From: an uncultured Cryomorphaceae bacterium
GTDB lineage: Bacteria; Bacteroidota; Bacteroidia; Flavobacteriales_D; SKUL01
Assembly (NCBI GenBank): GCA_964487545.1
Contig: CAZARI010000007.1
Location: 19,634 to 83,633 of the forward strand
Direction: 5' to 3'
Length of the DNA: 64,000 nucleotides
The first letter of the stretch is position 1. Each line of letters begins with the position of its first letter. Positions 28,439-38,086 of this stretch are shown in pieces. Both the position numbers and the translations under genes were made by a program. Under the pieces are notes generated by a model. That model was given only the letters and a program-made list of their open reading frames with translations. It did no database searches and had not been told where the DNA came from.

Positions 28439-28830
28439 GCGAACCCTGAGATGCCATAATTTCAAGTGTGTTTTGGGGTTGGGTTCCGGCGGTAAAAAAA
28501 TCGCCTATTCCCATCCTGCCGTTGTCTTGTCCGTCCACCCACATTCTGGCAAGTTCAAAACCATCGTTCGTAGAAGCCAAACCATTTCCGGGCGCTGCGG
28601 TAAATACAAACCGCAACAGATCGCCATTCTTCTTTGGTCCGACATACATGAAATCCTTATTGTGTGTAAAGGTTATTCCATATCGCATCCAATCGCGATA
28701 ACCATTATGTAGGGTTATTCCTGACTTATCCCCATTTAAATGCATTAACGAAAATTGTCTTACCATTGGTCCAAAACACCCAATGTAAATGATAAAACTT
28801 GTGCATAAAAAACCAGTTGGATGGCCAATT
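28377..28830 (-). pseudogene. Truncated paralog of the fibre protein N-terminus (relic 1)
   Basis: FSLMHL...GYRDWMRYGITFTHNKDFMYVGPK...LLRFVF aligns with FSLLHL...GYRDWMKAGITFTHNRDFMYVGPK...VLRFIF in 22285..24657. It has no signal peptide, an apparent internal deletion, and no S74 or CTD. Confidence 0.8.
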
Positions 28831-28832
28831 GT

Positions 28833-29381
28833 CTATTCCAACACCCCCTCCATTTCCTTTTGGGCTTCTTCGACAGCTTGAATGATGTCTTTAAAAGCGC
28901 GGCTGTCGGCAATTTTGGGAAAGTACTCTTGAGTTACATCCGCGAGTGGTTTGTAAAGTGTCGATTCGGCCAAGTGCGGACGCGGCAAAAACACAATATA
29001 CTCGTTTACCTTTTCGAGCAGCAAGACCACCACACTCAAAATCAAAACGGCGCGGGCGATGCCAAATACGCCTCCAGCAATTTTATCAGCCAGCCCCAAT
29101 GCTGCCAGTTGAATCGCCTTTTGAATAAGCCGCCCCAAAAAGTGAATGCCAATGACAATACCCAAAAACACGAGCGCAAACGCTACAAAGGGCATCATTG
29201 CGCCTTCAAATCCGTGTTCGTCGGCCAAGTATAGCCCCAGGTGATCGGAGAGCAACACGGCGCCGTAAATGCCCAAAACAAGCGCTAACAATCCGCTCAC
29301 GCTGATGATGAACCCCTTCATAAAACCGCGCACTGCGCCCCACAGCAGCGGCGCCAGAATAATCAGGTCGATGTAATTCAT
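28833..29381 (-). CDS. cvpA: CvpA family membrane protein
   Basis: MNYIDLIIL...RGFMKG, four TM segments, DKIAGGVFG..R, ESTLY. Confidence 0.9.
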   Translation of the reverse strand: MNYIDLIILAPLLWGAVRGFMKGFIISVSGLLALVLGIYGAVLLSDHLGLYLADEHGFEGAMMPFVAFALVFLGIVIGIHFLGRLIQKAIQLAALGLADKIAGGVFGIARAVLILSVVVLLLEKVNEYIVFLPRPHLAESTLYKPLADVTQEYFPKIADSRAFKDIIQAVEEAQKEMEGVLE

Positions 29382-29473
29382 GGCCTAAATGTACAGCCAC
29401 TGTTTAAATGGGGCTCATGGCGAAATAAAAGTTTTTCAGCCCTTGCGGTGAATTTCCAATCCAAAACCATCGC

Positions 29474-29481
29474 TACCTTTG
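29474..29481 (+). promoter_or_regulatory. Promoter -7 box (TACCTTTG)
   Basis: Exact TAnnTTTG match ending 4 nt before the ATG at 29486. Confidence 0.55.
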
Positions 29482-29485
29482 CAGT

Positions 29486-29824
29486 ATGGATTACGAATTT
29501 GAGAAAAAGTGGAAGGCCTTGACGCAGCAACTAGAGCTGCAGTTTGGAGCCGACATGGAACTGGATGCTATCTTGTTCCTCATTGGGGTGCAGGAGCTGG
29601 GGCAGGGGTTTCGCAAGTTTAGCAAAGACGAAAAGCTGAATCTGATGCACATTTCGGTATGCCGTTTACTGGAGCCCTACGGCTACTACGAGTATGAGGG
29701 AAATGACGACGACGGCTGGCCGCACTTTTCGAAAAAAGAAGAAATGCCCTACTTAAAGCCCGAAGAACAGCAATTGCTGATGAAACGAGCCATCTTGGAA
29801 TATTTTAATTACTTGAGCTCGTAA
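29486..29824 (+). CDS. Conserved Bacteroidota hypothetical protein
   Basis: DAILFLIGVQELG...KDEKLNLMHI..CRLLEPYGYY...DGWPH resembles a family common in this phylum. Confidence 0.8.
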   Translation: MDYEFEKKWKALTQQLELQFGADMELDAILFLIGVQELGQGFRKFSKDEKLNLMHISVCRLLEPYGYYEYEGNDDDGWPHFSKKEEMPYLKPEEQQLLMKRAILEYFNYLSS

Positions 29825-30213
29825 ACCTGCACGTTGTTTTTCTGCTCCTCGATTTTAATTATTGTTTCGAGAATCAGATCCTGCTGAGGCGATGGCAGCT
29901 CTTTGTGGATGTCCACAGACAGTACGGCAAATCCAGCCTGACCGGCTTCATAGTAGTAGGTGTAATCAAAAAATGCGCGACCATTTTCGTCGGTGTGCTG
30001 GGTGTGATCGAGAATGATCTCTCCCGGGGGTTGATCAGAAGTGAGCGAACTCTCGCCAAACAGCCTGACCCTCGCTCCAGGCACCGGAGAGCCGATTTCA
30101 TTATTGACAAAAATCTCTACCGTGGTGTCTTTTGTTTTGTGACACGATTCCATAGTAGTAGCCAAACCGGCAACCAGAATCGTTATAAACACAATATGAA
30201 CCAGCTTTCTCAT
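29809..30213 (-). CDS. Hypothetical lipoprotein with a transthyretin/carboxypeptidase-regulatory-like beta fold
   Basis: Signal ending MESC, V.GARV.L and TDENGRAFF motifs. Confidence 0.65.
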   Translation of the reverse strand: MRKLVHIVFITILVAGLATTMESCHKTKDTTVEIFVNNEIGSPVPGARVRLFGESSLTSDQPPGEIILDHTQHTDENGRAFFDYTYYYEAGQAGFAVLSVDIHKELPSPQQDLILETIIKIEEQKNNVQVYELK

Positions 30214-30304
30214 ACGTTGTGATATTTCTTAATTTCGCCCGAGTGTAGGTGATTTGGTATACGCACACCCAACACAAGCACACAAATTTAAAAAAATTGC
30301 CCAA

Positions 30305-30991
30305 ATGAAATTCAACATAATCAAACTGTGCCTTTTTCTGTTGAGCATCATTCTTGTCCACACGGCAACTGCACAGCGAAAAAATGCCGATGTTAAAATT
30401 ACTACCCCCTACGGCGATATGTGGATTAAGTTGTACGACGACACGCCACAACACCGGGAAAACTTTTTGAAGCTCGTGTCTGAGAATTACTACGACAGCT
30501 TACTTTTTCATCGGGTCATCAGTGGATTTATGATTCAGGGAGGCGATCCCAACTCAAAGAATGCACCGGCTGGCGCAGCGCTCGGTTCGGGTGGACCGGA
30601 CTTTCTGGTACCGGCCGAAATTCACCCACACCGCTACCACAAAAAAGGAGCACTTGCTGCCGCCCGTCAGGCTGACGCCGTAAACCCAGAAAAGCAATCG
30701 TCGGGCTCGCAATTTTATATCGTACAGGGTCGGCCCAATCCACCGAATATTCTCGAAACCATCGCCACGCGACGCAACCAAAAAGATCCGCAAAACGCAT
30801 TTGATTATGGCGAGCAAGCCTACGAAGATTACCGAAATCTGGGCGGTGCACCACACCTGGACGGCGCCTACACTGTTTTTGGCGAAGTGATTGAAGGCCT
30901 GAGCGTTATTGATAAAATTGCCGAATTAGAAGTCGATGGCCGCAGCCGTCCGCTGGTGGATGTGGTCATGAAAATTGAACTGGTAAAATAG
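30305..30991 (+). CDS. Cyclophilin-type peptidyl-prolyl isomerase, exported
   Basis: Signal peptide, FHRVISGFMIQGGDP, GALAAAR, SSGSQFYIV, PHLDGAYTVFGEV. Confidence 0.93.
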   Translation: MKFNIIKLCLFLLSIILVHTATAQRKNADVKITTPYGDMWIKLYDDTPQHRENFLKLVSENYYDSLLFHRVISGFMIQGGDPNSKNAPAGAALGSGGPDFLVPAEIHPHRYHKKGALAAARQADAVNPEKQSSGSQFYIVQGRPNPPNILETIATRRNQKDPQNAFDYGEQAYEDYRNLGGAPHLDGAYTVFGEVIEGLSVIDKIAELEVDGRSRPLVDVVMKIELVK

Positions 30992-31001
30992 CCGCTCTTT
31001 T

Positions 31002-32024
31002 ATGCAACAACACATTGAACAATTGCTTCAGGAAATTGACCGCTTTTCATCTGCGGATCCACAGGAAGTTGAGCAATTCAGAATTCGTTTTCTGGGTAAA
31101 AAAGGCGTTATCCGCGAATTGTCAAACACCATGAAAACGCTTTCGGTGGAGGAGAAAAAATCGTTTGGAAAAACGCTGAATGAACTAAAAGGAAAAGTTC
31201 AGCAAAAAATCGACAGCCTGAAAAGTGATGCTTCAACCGATTCGACACCTTCGGTGGGAAGAGAAGACCTGACCCGTCCGGCTGAAACACTCGAGCTTGG
31301 CGCCCGTCATCCGGTGTCGCTGGTTCGCAACGAAATCGTCGGGATATTTTCGCGAATGGGATTCGATATTTCTGAGGGACCCGAAATTGAAGACGACTGG
31401 CACAATTTCGAGGCGCTCAACTTTCCGCCCAATCACCCCGCACGCGATATGCAGGACACCTTTTTCGTTTCGCGAAACCCCGATGTCGCCCTGCGCACCC
31501 ACACCTCGTCTGTGCAGGTTAGGGTGATGGAAACACAAAAGCCGCCCATCCGCACGCTGAGCCCCGGACGGGTTTTCAGAAATGAAGCCATTTCGGCGCG
31601 TGCGCATTGCATTTTTCACCAAATTGAAGGTTTGTATATCGACAAGGGGGTTTCCTTTGCCGACCTAAAACAATGTCTGCTGCTTTTTGCCCGCGAGTTT
31701 TTCGGTGCCGACACCAAAATCAGACTGCGTCCATCCTACTTTCCGTTTACCGAACCCAGCGCAGAGGTAGATGTGTATTGGGGCCTGAAAAACGAGGCAG
31801 ATTACCGCATCACCAAAGGCACCGGCTGGCTCGAAATATTGGGTTGCGGCATGGTGCATCCCAACGTGCTTAAAAACTGCAACATCGATCCCGAGGTATA
31901 TACCGGTTTCGCTTTCGGAATGGGCATCGAGCGCATTGCCATGCTCAAGTATCAAGTAGATGATTTGCGACACTTTTTTGAAAGTGACGTTCGGTTTTTG
32001 AAGCAATTTCAATCGGCCTATTGA
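31002..32024 (+). CDS. pheS: Phenylalanine--tRNA ligase alpha subunit
   Basis: HPARDMQDTFF, LRTHTSSVQ, FHQIEG, YFPFTEPSAE, GFAFGMGIER. Confidence 0.97.
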   Translation: MQQHIEQLLQEIDRFSSADPQEVEQFRIRFLGKKGVIRELSNTMKTLSVEEKKSFGKTLNELKGKVQQKIDSLKSDASTDSTPSVGREDLTRPAETLELGARHPVSLVRNEIVGIFSRMGFDISEGPEIEDDWHNFEALNFPPNHPARDMQDTFFVSRNPDVALRTHTSSVQVRVMETQKPPIRTLSPGRVFRNEAISARAHCIFHQIEGLYIDKGVSFADLKQCLLLFAREFFGADTKIRLRPSYFPFTEPSAEVDVYWGLKNEADYRITKGTGWLEILGCGMVHPNVLKNCNIDPEVYTGFAFGMGIERIAMLKYQVDDLRHFFESDVRFLKQFQSAY

Positions 32025-32042
32025 GACCCCACTGATATCGGA

Positions 32043-33467
32043 TTAGAGCTCCGTTAGCTTCACCATGTTGGTCATTCCCTTTTCTGCAATGGGCATGCTG
32101 GCTGTGTTAATCATCAGCTCTCCTTTCTGCACTTCGCCGTTGCTCAGTAAAATATCACGCACATCGTCGATGGTGTGATCGGTGCTCACCATTCTGTTGT
32201 AGTAATAGGCCTTGACGCCCCACACCAGGCTGAGCTGATTGAGAATGGCATCGTTGCCCGTAAACACAAATATTTTTGCCTCGGGGCGGTAGCTCGAAAT
32301 TTTAAAAGCAGTGTATCCCGAAAAGGTGAGCGTGGCCAGCGCGGCAGCACCCACGCGGTGCGCCAATCGGCAAGCGTTGTAGCAAATGGAATCAGTGATA
32401 AACCGATCCTGACGCGCCATGCCCGGCGGTTGTTCCTTGTGATAAATTGACTCTGACTCCTCAACTTCCATCACAATTTTGCACATCATCTGGATCACTG
32501 CTATCGGGTGCTTTCCAACAGATGTTTCTGCACTCAGCATCACCGCGTCGGCACCGTCGAGCACGGCATTGGCCACATCGTTTACTTCGGCCCGGGTGGG
32601 GGTAATATTCTCGATCATGCTCTCCATCATTTGAGTAGCGATAATGACGGGTTTGGCGCTCTTCAGTGCTTTTTTGACCAGCATTTTCTGAATCAGCGGA
32701 ACATTCTGCATCGGAATTTCCACGCCCAGATCGCCACGGGCCACCATAATGGCATCGGTTTCTTTGATAATATCATCAATCTGCCGGATGGCCTCGGGCT
32801 TTTCGATTTTGGCAATGACCTTGGTATGCACCCCCCTTTGACGAATGTGTTGCTTCAGCTCAATGATATCGCGGGCACTGCGCACAAACGACAATCCAAT
32901 CCAATCGACTTCTTGCTCCAGGGCAAAGTCAAGATCCTCTCGGTCTTTAGGCGTCAGCGAGGGCAGTGATATCTGGGTGTTGGGTAGATTTACCCCTTTA
33001 TTAGAAGATAATTTTCCACCTTGTACCACTTTGCAGTTCACCTCTTCCAAGCCGTCGCTGCTCAATACCTCGAGTTGCAACTTTCCATCGTCGAGCAGGA
33101 TTCTCTCTCCCACTTTTACATCTTTCGGAAAAAGGTCGTAGTTAATGCTCACTTTTTTGGCCGTGCCAATGATGGGCTTAATCGTGATAATCACCTCTGA
33201 ATCTTTCTCGAGCCAAACACCGTTGTCAGCTACTGCGCCAACCCGCAACTTGGGTCCTTGCAAATCGGCGAGAATCGCTACCGCTTGCTTCTTTTCTTTT
33301 CGCAGTGCTTTAACCAGATCGATGCTTTCGAGGATTTCAGCATGATTGCCATGTGAGAAATTAATGCGGCAAACATTGAGTCCGGCGTCGAGCATTTGTC
33401 CCAGCACTTCTCTACTGGCAGAGGCCGGCCCGAGTGTGGCCACAATTTTCGTTTTCTTAATATTCAT
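32043..33467 (-). CDS. pyk: Pyruvate kinase
   Basis: KTKIVATLGPAS, RINFSHG, DLQGPKLR, IAKIEK, MVARGDLG, ATQMMESM, DAVMLSAETS. Confidence 0.97.
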   Translation of the reverse strand: MNIKKTKIVATLGPASASREVLGQMLDAGLNVCRINFSHGNHAEILESIDLVKALRKEKKQAVAILADLQGPKLRVGAVADNGVWLEKDSEVIITIKPIIGTAKKVSINYDLFPKDVKVGERILLDDGKLQLEVLSSDGLEEVNCKVVQGGKLSSNKGVNLPNTQISLPSLTPKDREDLDFALEQEVDWIGLSFVRSARDIIELKQHIRQRGVHTKVIAKIEKPEAIRQIDDIIKETDAIMVARGDLGVEIPMQNVPLIQKMLVKKALKSAKPVIIATQMMESMIENITPTRAEVNDVANAVLDGADAVMLSAETSVGKHPIAVIQMMCKIVMEVEESESIYHKEQPPGMARQDRFITDSICYNACRLAHRVGAAALATLTFSGYTAFKISSYRPEAKIFVFTGNDAILNQLSLVWGVKAYYYNRMVSTDHTIDDVRDILLSNGEVQKGELMINTASMPIAEKGMTNMVKLTEL

Positions 33468-33471
33468 TGTA

Positions 33472-33882
33472 CTAAAAGTCGTTTAATAGTAAGTTTTCTT
33501 TGGATTTCAGCCCTTCCGGATCAATTTCAAATGCGGTTAAAATCTGCTGATGTGATTTGAGCATTTCCATCAATTCATCGGATTCCCACCGCGCATTATC
33601 GCGCAGCATCAGCAGGTAATCGGCCTGTCGTTTTTCTGGAATAAGAAAGCCTGAATCTCCACGATTGACAATCAGCCTAATTTCGGTTCGTGTTTCTTCG
33701 CAGCGGTCGTGAAACACTGCAAATTCACCAGAACCTGTTTCCGCTCCTTGATCTGCCCGCACCAGATTAATATCCAATAGCCGGTTGAGTTCAAAGCACA
33801 ATCGATAATCACGAAGGTGGCAACTGATGCCAATCAGATCAAATTCATAATCAAATTCTACTTCCAGCAGGTGTCTGGTCAT
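33472..33882 (-). CDS. IPExxxVDY family protein
   Basis: FLIPEKRQADYLL motif; lies between rnc and pyk, as is common in Bacteroidota. Confidence 0.8.
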   Translation of the reverse strand: MTRHLLEVEFDYEFDLIGISCHLRDYRLCFELNRLLDINLVRADQGAETGSGEFAVFHDRCEETRTEIRLIVNRGDSGFLIPEKRQADYLLMLRDNARWESDELMEMLKSHQQILTAFEIDPEGLKSKENLLLNDF

Positions 33883-33938
33883 GTGCCCGGCAATTCATTT
33901 ATTTTGGCAAGTTACTCACCGTGCCGCGCATTCCAAAA

Positions 33939-34658
33939 TCAGCTCGGGAATAAAAAAGCAAGAGCTTTTCTGGCGGCTTTCTGTTCGGCTTCCTTTTTTG
34001 AAGACGACGATGCCGAAGATACGATTTTACCATTCCACAGCACTTTGGCGCTGAATGATGCGCCGGGATCGTCTGATTGTGAAGTGACCTCAAACTCGAG
34101 TGTGGCCTCATCGCGGTGCGACGCTTCATATAGTTCGCTTTTTGGATCTTTAAGCGACTCGAGCAGCCTTTGCGAATTGAGTTTCCGCAGCAGGTGTTTT
34201 TCGATCCAATTGCGCGTAAAGTCAAATCCCAAATCAAGATACATTGCGCCAATCAATGCTTCAAGCGCATTGCCTCCTATCACGTGCATGGCCTGTCGGT
34301 TCAAAACTTTGGCCTGAATCCACTGTTCGAGCTGTAGGTCGCGCGCCATTTTGTTGAGTGAATGCCGACTCACCACCGCACTTTTTAGCTTACTCAAAAA
34401 GCCTTCGTCGCCTTTGGGAAATTTGGTAAAGGCATAAGCGGCCACAACAGCATCAAGAATGGCATCACCAATAAACTCGAGCCTTTCGTTGCTATCCGAT
34501 TTTGCATGCGCAGCCGTTGAATGACGCAAGGCCTGTTCATAGTTGCGGATATCGTTCACCGGAATTTCAAGCTGATCACTCAGAAATCCTAACAGTTCTG
34601 TTGATTGACTACGACCCGTATCACCCGAGGACAGGCGAAACCACTCCAGCCATTTCAA
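33939..34658 (-). CDS. rnc: Ribonuclease III
   Basis: NERLEFIGDAIL, GNALEALIGAMYLD and a C-terminal dsRBD (SKKEAEQKAA). Confidence 0.96.
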   Translation of the reverse strand: MKWLEWFRLSSGDTGRSQSTELLGFLSDQLEIPVNDIRNYEQALRHSTAAHAKSDSNERLEFIGDAILDAVVAAYAFTKFPKGDEGFLSKLKSAVVSRHSLNKMARDLQLEQWIQAKVLNRQAMHVIGGNALEALIGAMYLDLGFDFTRNWIEKHLLRKLNSQRLLESLKDPKSELYEASHRDEATLEFEVTSQSDDPGASFSAKVLWNGKIVSSASSSSKKEAEQKAARKALAFLFPS

Positions 34659-35909
34659 TTACTGAAATTTTTTGAAGATCACGGAAGTATTGTGTCCGCC
34701 AAACCCAAAGGTATTGCTCAATCCGGCACTGACTTCTCTTTGCTGTGATTTATTCAGCGTTAGATTCACCTTCGGATCGATTTCAGGATCCACATGTTCG
34801 TGGTTGATGGTCGGTGGAATAATTCCGTTTTTTACTGCCAGCAATGTCGCGATCGCTTCAATTGCTCCGGCCGCTCCGAGCAAATGTCCGGTCATCGACT
34901 TGGTAGAACTCACATTGAGCTTGTAGGCGTGCTCGCCAAAAATATCGATGATGGCTTTGATTTCGGAAACATCGCCCAGCGGTGTAGATGTGCCGTGCAC
35001 ATTCACATAGTCGATATCTTCGGGTTTCATGTTGGCGTCTTCCAGTGCACGCGACATGACCAGATTTGCCCCCAGTCCTTCGGGATGCGGAGCAGTCATG
35101 TGGTAGGCATCGGCCGACAATCCGCCACCTGCAATTTCGGCGTAGATGGTGGCACCGCGTTTCACGGCGTGCTCGTACTCTTCCAGAATGAGTGCTCCTG
35201 CGCCTTCTCCAAGCACAAAACCATCTCGGGTGGCGTCAAAGGGACGCGAAGCCGTTTCGGGTGAATCGTTGCGAACGGAAAGTGCTTTCAGCGCATTAAA
35301 TCCGCCGATGCCCGATTCATTCACCGCAGCCTCCGAACCGCCGGTTACAATCACATTTGCCTTTCCGAGGCGGATGTAATTAAAGGCGTCGAGAATGGCA
35401 TTGGTAGAAGACGCACACGCCGAAACGGTTGTGAAATTTGGGCCGCGATATCCGTGGCGGATAGAGATATGCCCTGAGGCAATATCCGCAATCATCTTTG
35501 GAATAAAGAAGGGATTAAATCGCGGTGTACCATCACCGTGAGCAAAGCCGATAAGTTCTTCCTGAAAAGTTTTCAATCCGCCTATTCCGGAGCCCCAGAT
35601 GACCCCTACGCGATCCTTGTCGATTTCTGCCTGATCGAGTCCGGCATCAGCAATAGCCTCATCGGAAACCACCAAGGCATACTGCGAAAAAGGATCCAGC
35701 TTTCTGGCTTCCTTGCGGTCCAGAAAATCCAAAGGGTCAAACTGCTTTACCTCGCAAGCAAATTTGGTTTTGAACTTTTCAGGGTCGAAGTAGGTAATAG
35801 GTGCCGCTCCGCTTTTACCGGCAATCAACGACTGCCAGTAATCCTGAGCATTATTCCCGATTGGAGTGAGCGCACCTATCCCAGTAACAACAACCCGCTT
35901 GAGTTCCAT
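34659..35909 (-). CDS. fabF: Beta-ketoacyl-ACP synthase II
   Basis: RVVVTGIG, SACASS (catalytic Cys), NVHGTST, GHLLGAAG, SNTFGFGGHN. Confidence 0.96.
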   Translation of the reverse strand: MELKRVVVTGIGALTPIGNNAQDYWQSLIAGKSGAAPITYFDPEKFKTKFACEVKQFDPLDFLDRKEARKLDPFSQYALVVSDEAIADAGLDQAEIDKDRVGVIWGSGIGGLKTFQEELIGFAHGDGTPRFNPFFIPKMIADIASGHISIRHGYRGPNFTTVSACASSTNAILDAFNYIRLGKANVIVTGGSEAAVNESGIGGFNALKALSVRNDSPETASRPFDATRDGFVLGEGAGALILEEYEHAVKRGATIYAEIAGGGLSADAYHMTAPHPEGLGANLVMSRALEDANMKPEDIDYVNVHGTSTPLGDVSEIKAIIDIFGEHAYKLNVSSTKSMTGHLLGAAGAIEAIATLLAVKNGIIPPTINHEHVDPEIDPKVNLTLNKSQQREVSAGLSNTFGFGGHNTSVIFKKFQ

Positions 35910-35920
35910 AAGCGGTGAAC

Positions 35921-36157
35921 TTATTTGGCGTTTTTCTCGATATATTCGATGGCCTGACCAACAGTACTGATCTTTTCGGCCTGATCATCTGGAATTGCGA
36001 TGTTGAATTCCTTTTCGAACTCCATGATCAGCTCCACGGTATCGAGCGAATCAGCGCCTAAATCATTTGTGAAGCTAGCTTCTGGGGTTACTTCGCCTTC
36101 GTCAACTCCAAGTTTGTCAACTATAATGGCGGTTACTTTTGCAGCAATTTCAGACAT
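35921..36157 (-). CDS. acpP: Acyl carrier protein
   Basis: [12 protein letters not shown] phosphopantetheine site. Confidence 0.97.
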   Translation of the reverse strand: MSEIAAKVTAIIVDKLGVDEGEVTPEASFTNDLGADSLDTVELIMEFEKEFNIAIPDDQAEKISTVGQAIEYIEKNAK

Positions 36158-36423
36158 TGTTGTGTTCGTTTAAGGTATAAATTGAGCCTGCAAAGAAAAA
36201 CATATTCGGATTAACTACAAAATTTATGTGCCCGAGGTCAAAATCTGCTGACTGATATTTAGCGATAAATCAGGAAAGCAATCACCATCAGCGCCCTGGC
36301 CGACATCATCACCGGGACAAAAATACAGGGCAACCGATTATTTTTGGGGGTACAGGCTGCTTTCCATTTGCCCCGGCCATCAAAAAAGAGCCGATTCGGG
36401 CATAATTCTACTGCATTTACTTC

Positions 36424-36431
36424 TACCTTTG
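36424..36431 (+). promoter_or_regulatory. Promoter -7 box (TACCTTTG) for purN
   Basis: Exact TAnnTTTG match 8 nt upstream of ATG 36440, which supports that start. Confidence 0.55.
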
Positions 36432-36439
36432 CCGCCGCT

Positions 36440-37018
36440 ATGAAGCAAGGTGTAAATATCGCGGTGCTGGCCTCGGGCAAAGGCTCGAATGCCGAGCAAA
36501 TCTGCCACTACTTTATGTTGCACCCCAACATCCACGTAAGGTTGATTGTTTCGAATAAACCCGAAGCCGGAGTGCTTAAGGTAGCCGATCACTATACCGT
36601 GGAAAAGGTGGTGATTCCAAACAGCCGACTTGAAGCTGATCTGCTGCCTGTGCTTATGTCTGCCGATATTGACTTTGTGGTGCTGGCAGGTTTTCTGCGG
36701 GTTATTCCAGCAGATGTGGTTAAAACATACACTGGCAAAATGGTCAACATCCATCCGGCATTGTTGCCCGCTTACGGCGGAAAAGGCATGTACGGGCGCC
36801 TCGTGCACCAAGCCGTGATCGATGCCGGTGAAACGAAAAGCGGCATTACCATTCATTTTGTGACCGAAGAGTACGATAAAGGCGACATTATCTTTCAGCA
36901 ATCGTGTGAAATTGAACCGAGTGACACCCCAGATCGACTGGCGGAAAAAATCCATCAGCTCGAGCACAGGCATTACCCTGTAGTAATCGAAAATCTAATC
37001 CGCAACACTTACTTGTAA
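36440..37018 (+). CDS. purN: Phosphoribosylglycinamide formyltransferase
   Basis: IAVLASGKGSN, VLAGFL, NIHPALLP, SGITIH...YDKG. Confidence 0.95.
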   Translation: MKQGVNIAVLASGKGSNAEQICHYFMLHPNIHVRLIVSNKPEAGVLKVADHYTVEKVVIPNSRLEADLLPVLMSADIDFVVLAGFLRVIPADVVKTYTGKMVNIHPALLPAYGGKGMYGRLVHQAVIDAGETKSGITIHFVTEEYDKGDIIFQQSCEIEPSDTPDRLAEKIHQLEHRHYPVVIENLIRNTYL

Positions 37019-37605
37019 TGTTCTCAGACTTTAACCTATTGCAAATCCTTACTGCATCAATGGTGTTGTTTGCGGTAATCGACATCATCGGCTCCATTCC
37101 GATTATTCTCGACATCAAACAGCGGTCGGGTCACGTCAACGCCGAGCGCGCCACACTGGTATCATTGGTGATCATGCTGGTCTTTTTGTTTGTCGGAGAA
37201 CAGATTATTTCACTCATCGGAATCGACATTTATTCGTTTGCCGTGGCCGGATCGTTTGTTATTCTATTCTTGGCATTGGAACTGGTGCTTGGCGTGGAAA
37301 TTTTCAAGCACGAACAAACGCCCACCAAAGTGGCCAGTATTGTGCCGCTGGCCTTTCCGATTATCGCCGGTGCCGGCTCAATGACTACCCTGTTGTCGTT
37401 GCGTGCAGAGTTTGATGCCATCAACATCGTTATTGCTATATTCATCAACATGATATTGGTGTATGTGGTGCTGAAACTCACCCGACGTATTGAAAACGCC
37501 CTCGGTGAAGTGGGGATCGCTATTATCAAAAAAGTTTTTGGCGTTATTCTGCTTGCTATCGCGGTTAAGTTATTTAGCAGCAACATTCAACAACTATTTG
37601 CTTAA
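37018..37605 (+). CDS. MarC family membrane protein
   Basis: LFAVIDIIGSIP, VPLAFPIIAGAG, GVILLAIAV. Confidence 0.88.
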   Translation: MFSDFNLLQILTASMVLFAVIDIIGSIPIILDIKQRSGHVNAERATLVSLVIMLVFLFVGEQIISLIGIDIYSFAVAGSFVILFLALELVLGVEIFKHEQTPTKVASIVPLAFPIIAGAGSMTTLLSLRAEFDAINIVIAIFINMILVYVVLKLTRRIENALGEVGIAIIKKVFGVILLAIAVKLFSSNIQQLFA

Positions 37606-38084
37606 TGAATATTGCCATCTATACCGACGGTGCTTCACGCGGAAACCCGGGTCCTGGCGGCTATGGACTAATTTTGAGATCAGGAAAGCACTATAAAGAA
37701 CACTCCGAAGGTTTTCGCAAAACCACCAACAATCGAATGGAGTTGCTAAGTGTGATTGTTGCACTTGAGATGCTACACCGCCCCGGACACAACGTCACGG
37801 TGTACAGCGACAGTAAATACGTGGTGGATTCGGTGGAGAAAAAATGGGTGTTTAACTGGGCGAGAACAAACTTTAAAAAGAAAAAGAACCGCGATTTATG
37901 GGAGCGATTTCTGCGGGTCTATCCGCGGCATAATGTTAAGTTTGTTTGGGTAAAAGGACACGACGGCCATGCCATGAATGAGCGTTGCGACGAACTTGCA
38001 GTGCAAGCAGCATTGGGATCAGAGCTGAAAATTGACGAGGGCTACGAAGCGATCGAATCAGAAAATGACAACACCTTATTATAG
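37605..38084 (+). CDS. rnhA: Ribonuclease HI
   Basis: YTDGASRGNPGPGG, TTNNRMEL, SDSKYV, WVKGH, NERCDELA. Confidence 0.96.
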   Translation: MNIAIYTDGASRGNPGPGGYGLILRSGKHYKEHSEGFRKTTNNRMELLSVIVALEMLHRPGHNVTVYSDSKYVVDSVEKKWVFNWARTNFKKKKNRDLWERFLRVYPRHNVKFVWVKGHDGHAMNERCDELAVQAALGSELKIDEGYEAIESENDNTLL

Positions 38085-38086
38085 CC

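Noticed and set aside
22285-28830. Prophage or tailocin, suggested by the tail-fibre/S74 gene plus an XRE repressor
   Set aside because: There are no capsid, tail tube/sheath, terminase, integrase or lysis genes, and the fibre has a Sec signal and a T9SS CTD, so it is host-secreted cargo.
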